In this document: one piece after another, positions 12,881 through 24,140 of the stretch | Layout: every line of letters begins with the position of its first letter | Position numbering within the stretch: position 1 is the first letter of the stretch | Source of the DNA: Octopus sinensis | Taxonomy: Eukaryota | Reading direction: 5' to 3' | Assembly (NCBI RefSeq): GCF_006345805.1 | Contig: NC_042998.1 | Span: 137,392,001 to 137,456,000 of the forward strand | Length of the DNA: 64,000 nucleotides | Notes under the pieces: model-generated | What the model saw: the letters and a program-made list of their open reading frames with translations, nothing else | Told to the model about the DNA's origin: nothing | Databases searched by the model: none | Position numbers and translations under genes: made by a program

Positions 12881-13071
12881 CTTCCAGGATTGATGAAATA
12901 ACAAAGAGTAGTTTACAAAAGTTGAAATCTGTTGACTATACTAAACCCTGCCCTCACTATAGATATTAATGTATAATGATCTTTATTCTTGCAAACCTTG
13001 AGCTATCTTTTCAATTTCTAAGACTGAGGTGGAGTGGCCCATAAACACTTTGTGCCTTACTTTGATTGAAA

Positions 13072-13449
13072 TCTCTCTATATATAAAGCTGAAGTTGTCT
13101 GTGTATGGCAGGTTTGGTAGCCTTCAACTAACACTATCTCCTCCGAGACCCTGCGGTGCAAGTTGACCAAAATTGAGAGTATGATAGAAGAGGGCTTGCT
13201 CTTCCTTCTGTAGAAGAAAAAATTCAAATTGGACCATGTTAACACCAAAAATTATTTACATAAAAAAGGTGCTTTTTTTCTATGAAAATCCCTATTTTTT
13301 ACGATTTTTTGACTGCTGTGTCGCCATTTTACAGTGTATTTCAACCAGAAAAATGTTCACAAGCTACATAATGCAAAAGTTTTACTTTTCCAAAATTCCA
13401 ATTCTAAAGGGTCGAAATAAACCCGAGCAATGCTGGGCAATACTGCTAG
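13072..13449 (+). mobile_element. Non-autonomous Helitron, family H2 (378 bp)
   Basis: A|TCTCTCTATATATAAA ... CCCGAGCAATGCTGGGCAATACTGCTAG|T. Termini match H1 but the interior differs. Confidence 0.8.
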
Positions 13450-13509
13450 TAGTTAAATAACTGTGAGCTTTAAGAGATTGATGCTTCATATAACACTATG
13501 ATCACTAAC

Positions 13510-13572
<63 letters not shown>

Positions 13573-13595
13573 TGTGTCTATGTGTGTGTGTTGTG

Positions 13596-13643
<48 letters not shown>

Positions 13644-13689
13644 AACATATATATATATGTGTATATATATTACCTGAGACCTTTGGCAT

Positions 13690-13905
13690 TATGTTGCACT
13701 TGAGAAGAAGACCCATCATGCCAGTGGCACATAAAAGCACCCATAACACTCTCAGAGTGGATGGTATTAGGAAGGGCATCCAGCCATAGAAAACCATGCA
13801 AAATCAGACTGGAGTCTGGTGCAACCTTCCAGCTGACCAGCCCTGGTCAAACCATCCAACGTATGCCAGCATGGACAACAGACGTTAAATGATGATGATG
13901 ATGAT
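13690..13905 (+). mobile_element. Family C retroposon (RTE-type tail)
   Basis: GTGGCACATAAAAGCACCC...TAGGAAGGGCATCCAGC...GACGTTAAATGATGATGATG. Confidence 0.7.
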
Positions 13906-13908
13906 ATG

Positions 13909-14216
13909 CAGTGTAACTACAGTTTACAAACATCACCCATCACAAACAAAATCAGTTTACAAAAAATTTCTTTTAACATAAAATGTCTCAGGTGATGAAT
14001 GGTGTCTCAAGAAACAAACACTCAAGTTGGCAACAACAGTTGGCAACAAGCTGAGAGTATCAGCAGGAGAGCATCAGTTGCTGTCTAGTTTTTATTCACT
14101 GCATCACCATGCTCAAATATGAATTTTCTATGGAGAAAATAGTTCTGGTTTACAAACACTTCAGGTGATGAACGGCCTTCTGGAACAAATTAAATTCATA
14201 AACTGAGGTTCCATTG
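13909..14216. mobile_element. pogo/Tigger-like MITE
   Basis: Left end CAGTGTAACTACAGTTTACAAAC; right end reverse complement CAATGGAACCTCAGTTTATGAAT; TA on the right flank and TG on the left. Confidence 0.6.
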
Positions 14217-14237
14217 TATATACATACATACACACAT

Positions 14238-14280
<43 letters not shown>

Positions 14281-14284
<4 letters not shown>

Positions 14285-14490
14285 GACCTCGTGTGTACCA
14301 TTGGCGATTTTTTTCCTCCGTCTTCCCTTCTCTGGATCTTTCCTTCTCCTATGTTTCTGACGAAGAGCTCCACTCGAAACATTAAACCCTCCTTCTTTCC
14401 TTCTTTCCTGAGCGTCCAATAATACTATATTTGTTCCACGTCCTCGCGTTGTTGTGTTTTTTTTTTGTGCTTTCTTGTTTGGATTAACTT
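14281..14490 (+). mobile_element. ~210-bp (TA)n-flanked repeat carrying a hammerhead motif (probably a Penelope pLTR or retrozyme-like unit)
   Basis: A CpG-retaining block between (TA)n runs that contains the motif at 14353-14387. The element class is inferred. Confidence 0.5.
14353..14387 (+). ncRNA. Minimal type I hammerhead ribozyme motif (probably degenerate)
   Basis: GTTT-CTGACGA-A-GAG-CTCCA-CTC-GAAA-C-ATT-AAAC. Catalytic boxes CUGANGA and GAAA are present, stem II is GAG/CTC and stem I is GTTT/AAAC. Confidence 0.6.
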
Positions 14491-14937
14491 TATATATATA
14501 TGTATCATCATCATCATCATCATCATTTAGCGTCCGTTCTCCATATATATATTGTTGTATTTCGGAATGGTAATTTTGCCAGTTTAGCCAATAAAAAAAC
14601 ACACACTATATATTTGGTGTTACTTTGCTTCAGTGTTATTTATTTTTTACATTAAACTTAATCTTATTTCGGCCAGCGTTCTTTCATCACACTCCTGTGA
14701 CTGCATCAGTGGTCCTTTGCTTTCTTCTTTCTTATTTGTGTGTCTCTCTTTACTAACCTTCAGCCATTTTGTATTTCTATGTATATATATATACCATAAC
14801 TAGCACCACCAAAACATTAAAGGCACAAAATCATAATGAGCTTTGGAACATTGACTGATAAGGAATAGGTTATAAATTTTCTGTTTGTTATATGTTTTCA
14901 AAATTTTTCATTTGTTGTGTATTTGTTAAATTTTTGA

Positions 14938-15270
14938 TGTGTGGCTGTGTGGTAAGAAGATTGCTTCCCAACTACATGGTTCTAGGTTCAGTCCCATTGC
15001 ATGGAACCTTGGGTAAGTGTCTTCTACTATAGCCTCTGGCAAACCAAAGCCTTGAGAGTGAATTTGGTAGATGGAAACTGAAAGAAGCCTGTTATGTGTG
15101 TGTGCTGAAGTGTTTACATCCCCGTAACTTAGTGATTCAGCAAAAGAGACTGATAGAATTAATACTAGGCTTAAAAAGAATAAGTCCTGGGATCAATTTC
15201 TTTCACTAAAACCCTTTAAGTTGATACTCCAGCATGGCCACAGTCAGATGACTGAAACAAGTAAAAGAAT
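14938..15270 (+). mobile_element. tRNA-headed SINE (family A)
   Basis: Head GTGGCTGTGTGGTAAG...GGTTCAGTCCC...CCTTGGGTAAGTGTCTTCTACTATAGCC, central (TG)n, tail ending GACTGAAACAAGTAAAAGA. Confidence 0.8.
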
Positions 15271-15781
15271 ATATACAGAGTATACACAGAGTTTTCATCA
15301 ACTGACATAACATAATAGGTGTGTAGTATGAATGTTCAGTTTGGTTTACCACTACAACTCTGGTTTGAACTGCAACCTAAAAGTGTGGTGTTGAGACTGC
15401 CTATCAGAAATGGCTAGAAGTGGTTGCTAGAAGTGGTTTCTCATTGAAAGGGCAGATATGGTTCTAAGGTTCTTTGGAGCCCTGCAACACATGTTCCAAA
15501 TGCATTGAAGATCCATTGTAGTTGAGCATCTACGTGCCTTTGGAACTTCTATTGCAGAGCTCCTAACAACCGTAATGGTGAAATGCTCATAGGAATTTTA
15601 ATATAAACTCATGTTTATCCCTATTTTTCCAACATTTGCTCTGTAGCTTACAGCAGGTAATACTAGTCAGTATAGTGGTCAATTAAAACTAAAACAGAAA
15701 GCAGTCTGGATTATGAAAATCTACATGGAGCTCTAAATATAACAGTATCAGTCATACATCTACTTATGCAGATAATTTCTG

Positions 15782-16194
15782 GGATCTTTTCGGTTTGAAC
15801 GGCAATTTTTAACATAATTTCTAGGTAACTAAAAAATTTTAAACTTCGTATACTGGTAGAATGTGTTTATAAAACATCTTTTTCTCTTGACTTTATTGAG
15901 AAAATTCTATAGTTTGTAAGATATTTGTTGTTTTTTTCTTCTTCAATTTCTGCAATTTCAACCAATCAGTGACATCTATTGAGTTAAAAAGCATTCTGTG
16001 CCGTATGAATATGTCCCTCGTTTAAGAAACAGATTGGGTTTATTTACATTTGTGAAGAAAAAAAGATATCCTTCCCTCCACCCCTAACCCTAAAACAGAT
16101 TGAAATGCAATAGATCGATACTAGGGTCGTAATTATGGGTGACAATTTCATATGACACCGCTAGAAAAAACTGCCATTCAAACCGAAAAGATCC
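15782..16194. mobile_element. MITE with 22-bp TIRs and a perfect 8-bp TSD
   Basis: TIRs GGATCTTTTCGGTTTGAACGGC and GCCATTCAAACCGAAAAGATCC (1 mismatch). TSD AATTTCTG at 15774-15781 and 16195-16202. Confidence 0.9.
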
Positions 16195-16209
16195 AATTTC
16201 TGTGATATA

Positions 16210-16768
16210 CAGCAATGCCTTGATATACGAGTGAATTCATTCCCAAAGACCACTCATAAAGCAAAAATTCATAAAGTAGAGCAATAATTTCCCATAGTAA
16301 CAATGTTATAAAATCGTATTTTGTTCCCAGAAAAATATTTTACCTATAAAATTTATAATACTCGCAAATAAATGGCAATAAACAGTAGAATGTAAAAAAT
16401 ATTTTAGGTAAAGTAAAAAGAATGTCAACATCATTAATTATAAGAAATATTATTATAATCGTTTTCTGAATCATTTTCACTCACACTAGACTTGCACACA
16501 CCATCACTTGTAGACATGATCGCTGATTCACAAGCACTCATAGATGGACTTGTAGATTTCTTTTTAAAAACAAGTCTTGAGTTGTTTGCTTGGAAGTTTT
16601 TTCAGTTTTTTTTACGTTCTCTATAAATTTCTCAGTAACACACAAGCATTTGTTATGGTTGTTGAAACTTTTGCACTTCATTCAAAATTTAGATCTTGTG
16701 CTTCAAAAATAAAACTTGTAAACCAGAGGTTTTGTAAAGCAGGTATTTGTAAAGTGAAGTATTACTGT
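16210..16768. mobile_element. pogo/Tigger-like MITE
   Basis: TA|CAGCAATGCCTTGATATACGAG ... TTTGTAAAGTGAAGTTATTACTG|TA. Confidence 0.65.
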
Positions 16769-17671
16769 ATATATATATTCACAGTGTTACACAATAGGAA
16801 CTATTCATTATGGTCCTCAATGAAGCAAAGACATAGTATATCTGAGGTGCCCTGTGTAATCATTTGCTTAAATATTTATGTATCAGTGGGGCATGCAAGT
16901 CAACTCAGAAAGAGCTGATCTCACGTCACACAATAACAACACCATACCCAAATGTATTGTATTACACAGTAGTCAAACATGAAAATGGAGAATTTTTTTA
17001 CTTTTTTGCATTTTATTTTATTCTTGAATAAAATAGGTTGAAATACAAACCTCTAATCATAAACTTTTACACACACATACACACACACTCACATATATAC
17101 ACACTCACACATGCACACATTCAAATACACATATTCACACATGTACACATACTCACATAGACAGTCGCACATACATTCACTCACTCACACACATACACTC
17201 ACTCACATACACTTACTCACATATACTCACTCACATATACACATGCGTATGCACTCGTTCACATATACACTTACACACATTAACAAACTCACATATTCAT
17301 GCAGATACACACTCACACACATGCACTCACTCATACACATGCACTCACATACATGCATTCACTCACACACACACCACAACCTCACCCCATACCCGCTCTC
17401 TCTCTCTCTTTCTCAACACACACACAACATCCCAGTTTACCCTCCCACACTTGGTTCTTGGGTGCTTCCTGTGTGGTAGACTGAATTCGTTCCCCAAATT
17501 AACACCACCACCAAGTCCTTGGCTGCCTTATGCAGAATCTGCTCTGTTGCAACCAAATCAGCCAGGCCTCACTTCCTCCCTCACTCCCATGAGTCTCAGA
17601 AGCCTTGTAAAGGGTCATGACCATTACCTTCCCACCTGATTAAAATATACAAAAAAAAAAGCAAACACCTT

Positions 17672-17802
17672 AGCATGACTGTGTGGTAAGAAACTTGCTT
17701 CCCAACCACATGGTTTCAGATTCAATCCCACTGCATGGCGCTCTATAGCCCCAGGCCAACCAAAGCCTTATGAGTGGATTTGGTCAGCAGAAACTGAAAG
17801 AA

Positions 17803-17851
<49 letters not shown>

Positions 17852-18089
17852 CTCTACATGTGTTTCTTTGTGTATGTGTTTTCTCCCCACCACTATTTGA
17901 CAACCAGTATTGGTTTGTTTATGTCTCTGTAGCTTAACAGTTTGACAAAAAAGACAGACAGAATAAGACCAGGCTTATTTTAAAAAATGTAAGTACAGGG
18001 ATCAAGTTGCTTGACTAAGCCATTCAAGCTGGTGCCCCAGCTTGACTACTATCCAATGACTGAAACAAGTAAAAGATGGAAGATAAAAG
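17672..18089 (+). mobile_element. SINE family A
   Basis: Same head, central (TG)n and tail as 14938-15270. Confidence 0.8.
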
Positions 18090-18597
18090 CATATACATTC
18101 CTGCATGTTATACACTTCAGATAAGATATATTAACTTACATTTTTTTTTATCTGACTAAATAATTTAATTTGATGTGACTAAATTCAGAACATGTACACA
18201 GGAGTACAGATATGCTCAGATATATAAGTTGGTGCTACTAATAAATACACAAACGCCCTTGACCACATTCAAGAGTAAGGACATCCAGTTGATCAGTAAT
18301 GATTTATTAACTGACAAACAACAATGCACTACAGTTACACAGTCTTCATGCGTTACTATTATGCAATATCACATTTCATACACAAGCATTGAACAGTCTG
18401 CATTTCTCATTTTCAGAAGCCCTTTATTGCTAACTGATATAATAGTAGCTCCAAGAATTTTTTCCATCCTACCCTTTACTATGGCTTTAATCTTTTCCCA
18501 ACATCTACCTCCACAGCTCATTAGGTCACCTGGAAAACAAAAGCTGTCAGCTATTTTGTAGCAAGCCTTCCAAGCAGTTAAATGAATTCCTAACATG

Positions 18598-19470
18598 TGA
18601 TGAAAACCTTGTTTGTTTTTAACCTTGGAATGTCCAAAGCTTTATTTACTGTTAGCACCAGTGTAACCAAAACCTTGTGCTGTATATAACCTCAGGATAA
18701 TCAAAAAATTGTTTCGACTAGAGACATGGGCTAACTAAATCCTTTTCTTCTATACAGCTATAGTCTGATCAAGGCTAAGTTACATTTTATATTGCCAGCT
18801 AACCAACAGATTTGTCTCTTGTTAGACCAGGGCAGACCAAATGTTTGTTTTCTCTTAACCATAGGCTTACCACATCTTGTCTTTGATAATTACCATTGTT
18901 AACTAAAGACTTTTCTTTACCATAGTACAGGTCTGACTAGAGCCTTTTCTCCTGTTAGGCCCTAACTGACCAAAACCTTGTTTGTTTATAACACAAGAAA
19001 GTAAAAAGCTTTGTTTCCTGTTAGTAACAGTCTAATCAAAACCTCATCTTCTACACATCCACAGGATGACAAAAAATTATTTCTACTTTGGCCCCAGGTT
19101 TAGCAAATCCATCTCTTCTATATAAACCTGGTCTGACCAAGGTCTTGGCACTTATTATAGCCCCCAATGACCCTATGTCTTGTCTCCTGTCTCACCAGCA
19201 CTGACAAAAAAGCTTCTTTTTTTTAACCCTGTGTTTACTAAACCCTTCTCTTCTACTATAAGAAATGGCTGGTCTAATCTCTGACTCTGTAAAACTTTAT
19301 CTTCAACTGTGGATCTTAGCTGACCAAAGCCTTGTCTTCTATATAGTTATAGGTTTATCAATGTCTTATATTGTAGCACTGAACTGACCAAAGTCTTATC
19401 TCCTGTTAGCCCTCACCTGAACAAATCCTTCTCTTCTACAGTAGCTACAGGCCGAACAAAAACTATTTTT
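18598..19470. repeat. Old degenerate minisatellite, ~32-34-bp unit, ~26 copies, derived from the SINE A head
   Basis: Recurrent (T)GACCAAAGCCTT-GTCTTCT..ATAG anchor, e.g. at 19321, 19385 and 19418. Confidence 0.75.
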
Positions 19471-19594
19471 CACAGATTGCCTCATGGACTTACCCAATAT
19501 TCAGTGAATTCCAGCAAGGCTACTTTCAGAGATCCCAGTAAACAATTAGCAACAACCCATGAACCATGATTTCTTTTCTCTTTTGCACTACCAG

Positions 19595-19719
19595 GCTGAG
19601 ATGCCCTGTAAAGGTCATGAGTACTGCTATTCCACCATTGACTCATCCTTAACAAACAAGTATACAGAAGTTCAAGATGTTCCAGTCCAACATATCAACC
19701 TCATTGACTTGACCAGCAG
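19595..19719 (+). CDS. Candidate internal coding exon (phase 0 to phase 2), product unidentified
   Basis: Acceptor TTTCTTTTCTCTTTTGCACTACCAG, donor CAG|GTAGGT. The only open frame reads AEMPCKGHEYCYSTIDSSLTNKYTEVQDVPVQHINLIDLTS. No homology recognised. Confidence 0.35.
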
Positions 19720-20039
19720 GTAGGTAGGAGGTGATAGAAGTAGAGGCAGCAGTAGCAGTGACAGTGGCAGCAGTGATGGCAGTCGTGGTGGAGGTGGTGG
19801 AGGTGATACAGATGCTTGTGCTGGTGATGGCACTGGTGATGATAGATGTCATGGAGATTGTGATGGACGTGGAGGTAGGGGAGGTGGAGGGTTGCAAAGG
19901 TCAGTGAAGATGCTCTCCCCTTCCAACTAAATTATTAAAACCAAATATTTATTTATATAAGTATATATATAAAGTATATTCATGTATATATATATGTGTG
20001 TGTGTGCATGCGTGTGTGCGTGTGTGTGTGTGTGTATGG

Positions 20040-20212
20040 TATTTTTATATAAGCTTAAAGCTTATGGCGATCACCATGCAATGACTAAGGAAAATAGTCT
20101 AATAAAGGGGCATATAAGCCCTCGACAGTTGATAGAAGACTTTCCTATCCGCATGGGAGTCGAACCCACATCCTTTTGTTAATGCGACTAAGTGTGTTAC
20201 CTTTACACCAGC
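20040..20212 (-). mobile_element. Young tRNA-headed SINE fragment
   Basis: Minus strand GCTGGTGTAAAGGTAAC... (A box) ...GGGTTCGACTCCC (B box); no proper cloverleaf. Confidence 0.6.
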
Positions 20213-20458
20213 AAATCAGCCTCCCTTTTCCCATCAAATTTAAGAACTATAATAGTTCATGTTTGTGTTTGTTTTTATGTAAACAAACTTTCTATATGCA
20301 ATAGGTGTGAATGGTTTTTTTATGCTGTTTTTACAATCCTGTAAATAATAATAATGGTGTTTTTATATTAGCCCTTGTGGCAAATAAAAGAATGAATTAT
20401 CATTATTGTTGTTATTATTATTATTATTTTTATTATTATTATTATTATTATTATCATT

Positions 20459-21012
20459 GAGTGAGAGAGCAGTTCATGCCATCAAAGTGACACTTGGGTA
20501 AAATATACGAAGCCCAATATACCCATCATGACTACCCGTCTGATAAAGGTACACCAGGCACATGCATCACAACCATATGTGCACGACATGGTGATCTCAT
20601 ATCAAGATAAACAGCACATGACCTTGCAGGTGGGGCCCAGTTAGAATTTTCTTCAGGTTGAGTAGCCCATCCCGCTCAAACGGTCCCTGAATAAGGGTTG
20701 TTTAAGGATGTTGAAAGAACCACCCATGTTTCCAGAGGTGAACTATTCAAACCCCAAAGAATCCCTCTCAACACATGGCTATGATGCTCCCCCACTACTT
20801 CTGCTCATGATCAGAGATGCACATATCGTCAGCCACTAAGGGACATGCTCAACTGGTTAAGGTCAAACAACTGACAAGCAAATCTGTGGTATTGAGCAGA
20901 ATATTTGCTGTAGCCCATCTTTTATACCAAGACAAAACAATGTACATGATAACACTTCCAATCAGTTAAGATCAGAAGCCATGAGAGCCACTGCCTGGTA
21001 CTGCATCAGGGC

Positions 21013-21016
<4 letters not shown>
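20459..21016 (-). mobile_element. ~555-bp non-coding retroposon inserted in (AAT)n, copy 1
   Basis: Collinear with 31861-32408; (TTA)n runs on both sides. Confidence 0.75.
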
Positions 21017-21069
<53 letters not shown>

Positions 21070-21690
21070 CTCCCTTTCATTCAACCACTTTTTTTTCCAG
21101 TCATCTCATCATGTTGGACCTTTGAACTTCACACATTTTTTTCTCTCTATGTTTTTTCATTCTCTCTCCATTTTTCCTCTAAATCTTTCCTGTCAAAGAG
21201 CATAGGCTTGAAATGTAAAAGACTTTTCTATTTTTCCCAGGCATTAAACTAATGCACCTGCTTGTTCTTATACCTGTCTTCGTCCTTTCTTTTCTGTAAA
21301 TTTGAACTATATATATACTTGGAAATGGATGCATTGCATTCAATTAAAAAGTAAATAATATATAATACAAACACACACACACACACACGCATATCAAATT
21401 AATAGTAATATACATATGTATATAATTATATTAAGAGAGCAAGGATGAAAACGACCTATTTCCAGCATGCTTGAAGTGCCAATACCTTCAAAAACTACCA
21501 AAAAACTAGGTGTCAGCGCTTCAAGCATACTTAATATAATTATATACATATATAATTATATTAATATAATTAATATAATTATATACATATGTATATTATT
21601 ATTAATTTAATGTATAAATTGCCTATAGATTGTTATAGCATGCTGACTACCTGATAAAAATCATTAACATAATTTTTACCCTTATATTCT

Positions 21691-21745
<55 letters not shown>

Positions 21746-21789
21746 CATGCATATATGGGTACAGGACATCACCAATGGTGCAAATAACA

Positions 21790-22140
21790 TGAAATATGTA
21801 AACAAATGAGGAAAAATGGAAGACTGGACAGGTTAACACAGAGAAAGGATCCTTCATCAGTTGTCGGCTGTCTATCTACTCCTCATTTCAAGCATTCAAT
21901 GATAATATGAGTCTTCAAAGACTGTTGCTCTCATGAATTCCAAGATAAAATTTAGGATTTATGGAGGGTCAAAGTTGGGATCAAAAAAAGACAGTGGAGA
22001 CATACAAGGAAACCAAATGAAAACAAACATGGAGGGTCATTAGACCAGAATGAGAGGAAAATAGTAAATGCTGGGAGAAACATTTTTTGAAAAGAGAAAA
22101 ATAGAAGAGAGAGAGAAAAATCCAAATGAGAAGCACATTC
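21790..22140 (-). mobile_element. Probable Penelope-pLTR-like repeat fragment
   Basis: Pyrimidine-rich minus strand with CTGATGAAGG and a decayed TGAAGA...TGAAATG pair; family assignment is by resemblance only. Confidence 0.3.
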
Positions 22141-22238
22141 CAAGTTATAGAGCAGTAGAGTATTTAGATAAAGATAGTTATGGCCAGTTCATAAGGTACT
22201 CTGAGTAACCCTATGAACCGGTTATAACTATCTTTATT

Positions 22239-22296
<58 letters not shown>

Positions 22297-22454
22297 TATA
22301 TGAATTTTTGCTGATTATGTTAGTTTTATATATACATAATATATACTCACACACACACATGTGCAAGCATGCATAAAAATCAACACACACATACACACAC
22401 GCATGTACATCCACATATACTCATATATATACTTATTTACTCAAAGCAAATATA

Positions 22455-23372
22455 TCTACTACATATGCGGAAATCTGTGGGTGTGTTTGTTTGTGGAGAT
22501 GTTATCTAACTCCCCCTACATCGTTATATCGATTTTGATGAAACTTGACATGTGAGTAGCACTCATGTCTGGAAAACTAGTGACATACTTAGATTGTTGA
22601 AAAATCTATAATAGGGCCCTGGAAGGGGTTCTTATATCTACCATATATAAGTAATATATTATTTTTAAACATCCAAGAGAAATAACCCATTCACTCCTGA
22701 AAGGGATCTTTATATATAGCCAAGGGAAATAACTCATTCATGTTCGTAAATTATTTTGTATAAATCAAATTGAGCGTGCTTATTTCTTAGTATTTCAACT
22801 ATTTGAGTTATTTTCGCAATTTATCCAGTACAATGCTTAAACAAGTAAATAGTATTTTCCTAAATAATAAATCCACTTATTTCGGTTAGTGACTTATTCA
22901 CGAATATACCAACACTAGCGCCACTGAGGGTAGTATTCTCTGCGAACGCACAAAAGCATTTTTCAGAGTTATTTACTTTGAATTGTTATTATCTCATATC
23001 TGATTAGCCTGTTATTACATAACATGCTTCACAATTTTAGTATACATACCTTATTAGCATTTCCTCCTAAGTTCTATATATTCTGGGAACATATTAAAAC
23101 CCTTTTCTTTTACTTTATTTGAATCTTTACTATCAGGTAATTAATTTCATGTTATTACATAACTGACTTCACAATTTGGGTATTCATAACTTATTGGGAA
23201 TTCCTAAAACAAGATCCTGTGTGAGACAGTTCGGTATTCTCAATAAATGCACAAAAACCGTTTTAAGGGCTACATACTTTCTATTGTTGTTACTGGATTA
23301 GCGAAACAATTATGAGAACAGAACCAAGGAATAAACCCTGCTTTCCCAGGAATTACCGGGTACATCAGCTAG
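22455..23372 (+). mobile_element. Non-autonomous Helitron, family H3 (918 bp)
   Basis: A|TCTACTACATAT ... CCCAGGAATTACCGGGTACATCAGCTAG|T; no TSD. Confidence 0.7.
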
Positions 23373-24140
23373 TATATATATATATAAGTACAATGTTATT
23401 GTTACATACCAAACACATACACATACATATTTGCATATTCACACATGTACACTCTCACATGCACACACACAAACACTCACACATGTACAAACATAAAAAA
23501 ACCAGCAAATATGTACATTTTCAAATCTGAGCTCCACCTATAAAATATTTACTCACAAGCACTCACACACATATACATACACATACACATACACACACAT
23601 ACACACATACATGTACGCATACATACATATATACACACACACGCATATATATATATGTATATATATACACACACATACATAGACACGTATACACACATAA
23701 ATACACTCACATTTACACACACATATATACAAATATACACACACATACACACACATACACACATGCTCACACATACACACATGCACAAACACACACATAC
23801 ATACAAAAGTACATATCACTTCCTTATTCTAAAGCTGCAACTATGAGGAAAATAGTGTGAAAAATCTCATTATCTAGAAAATATTTCCATAAGGACATCT
23901 AACTGGTTTTAGTCACGTTTATGGTACAACAAATATTAGGTATTTCCTTGTCTGTTCTAGAATTTCCTCTAGAATAATCTATCTTTGGATCTACTGTGTA
24001 CTATCCACAAGAGATGAAGGATTTTTGCATCAATAAGATACTCTAACAGCAGTTATTGAGGAATTAATAAAATATATCAAAATTAAAATTGAAGAAAAGA
24101 TTAAATTTTGATGTTGGTTGAATAATATTTATCTGCTTTT

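Noticed and set aside
14665-14720. Minus-strand CTGATGC...GTCAC/GTGAT...GAAA hammerhead-like pattern
   Set aside because: A9 is replaced by C and there is no valid NUH cleavage triplet in register with stem I.
15647-15656. Possible 10-nt microexon (TGTAG|CTTACAGCAG|GTAATA)
   Set aside because: Such signals arise often by chance in 64 kb and there is no supporting context.
18175-18596. 128-aa plus-strand ORF, and a strong minus-strand acceptor at 18530
   Set aside because: No recognisable homology or convincing donor; compatible with chance.
18598-19470. CRISPR-like regular array
   Set aside because: There is no conserved repeat plus unique spacer structure and no cas genes; whole units are mutually homologous and derive from a SINE.
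20145-20212. Functional tRNA gene
   Set aside because: A and B boxes are present but acceptor and anticodon stems do not form; it is better explained as a SINE head.
20900-21016. HDV-like ribozyme at the 5' end of the (AAT)n-targeting retroposon
   Set aside because: I could not build the nested P1/P2/P3/P1.1 pseudoknot by eye; it remains only a testable idea.
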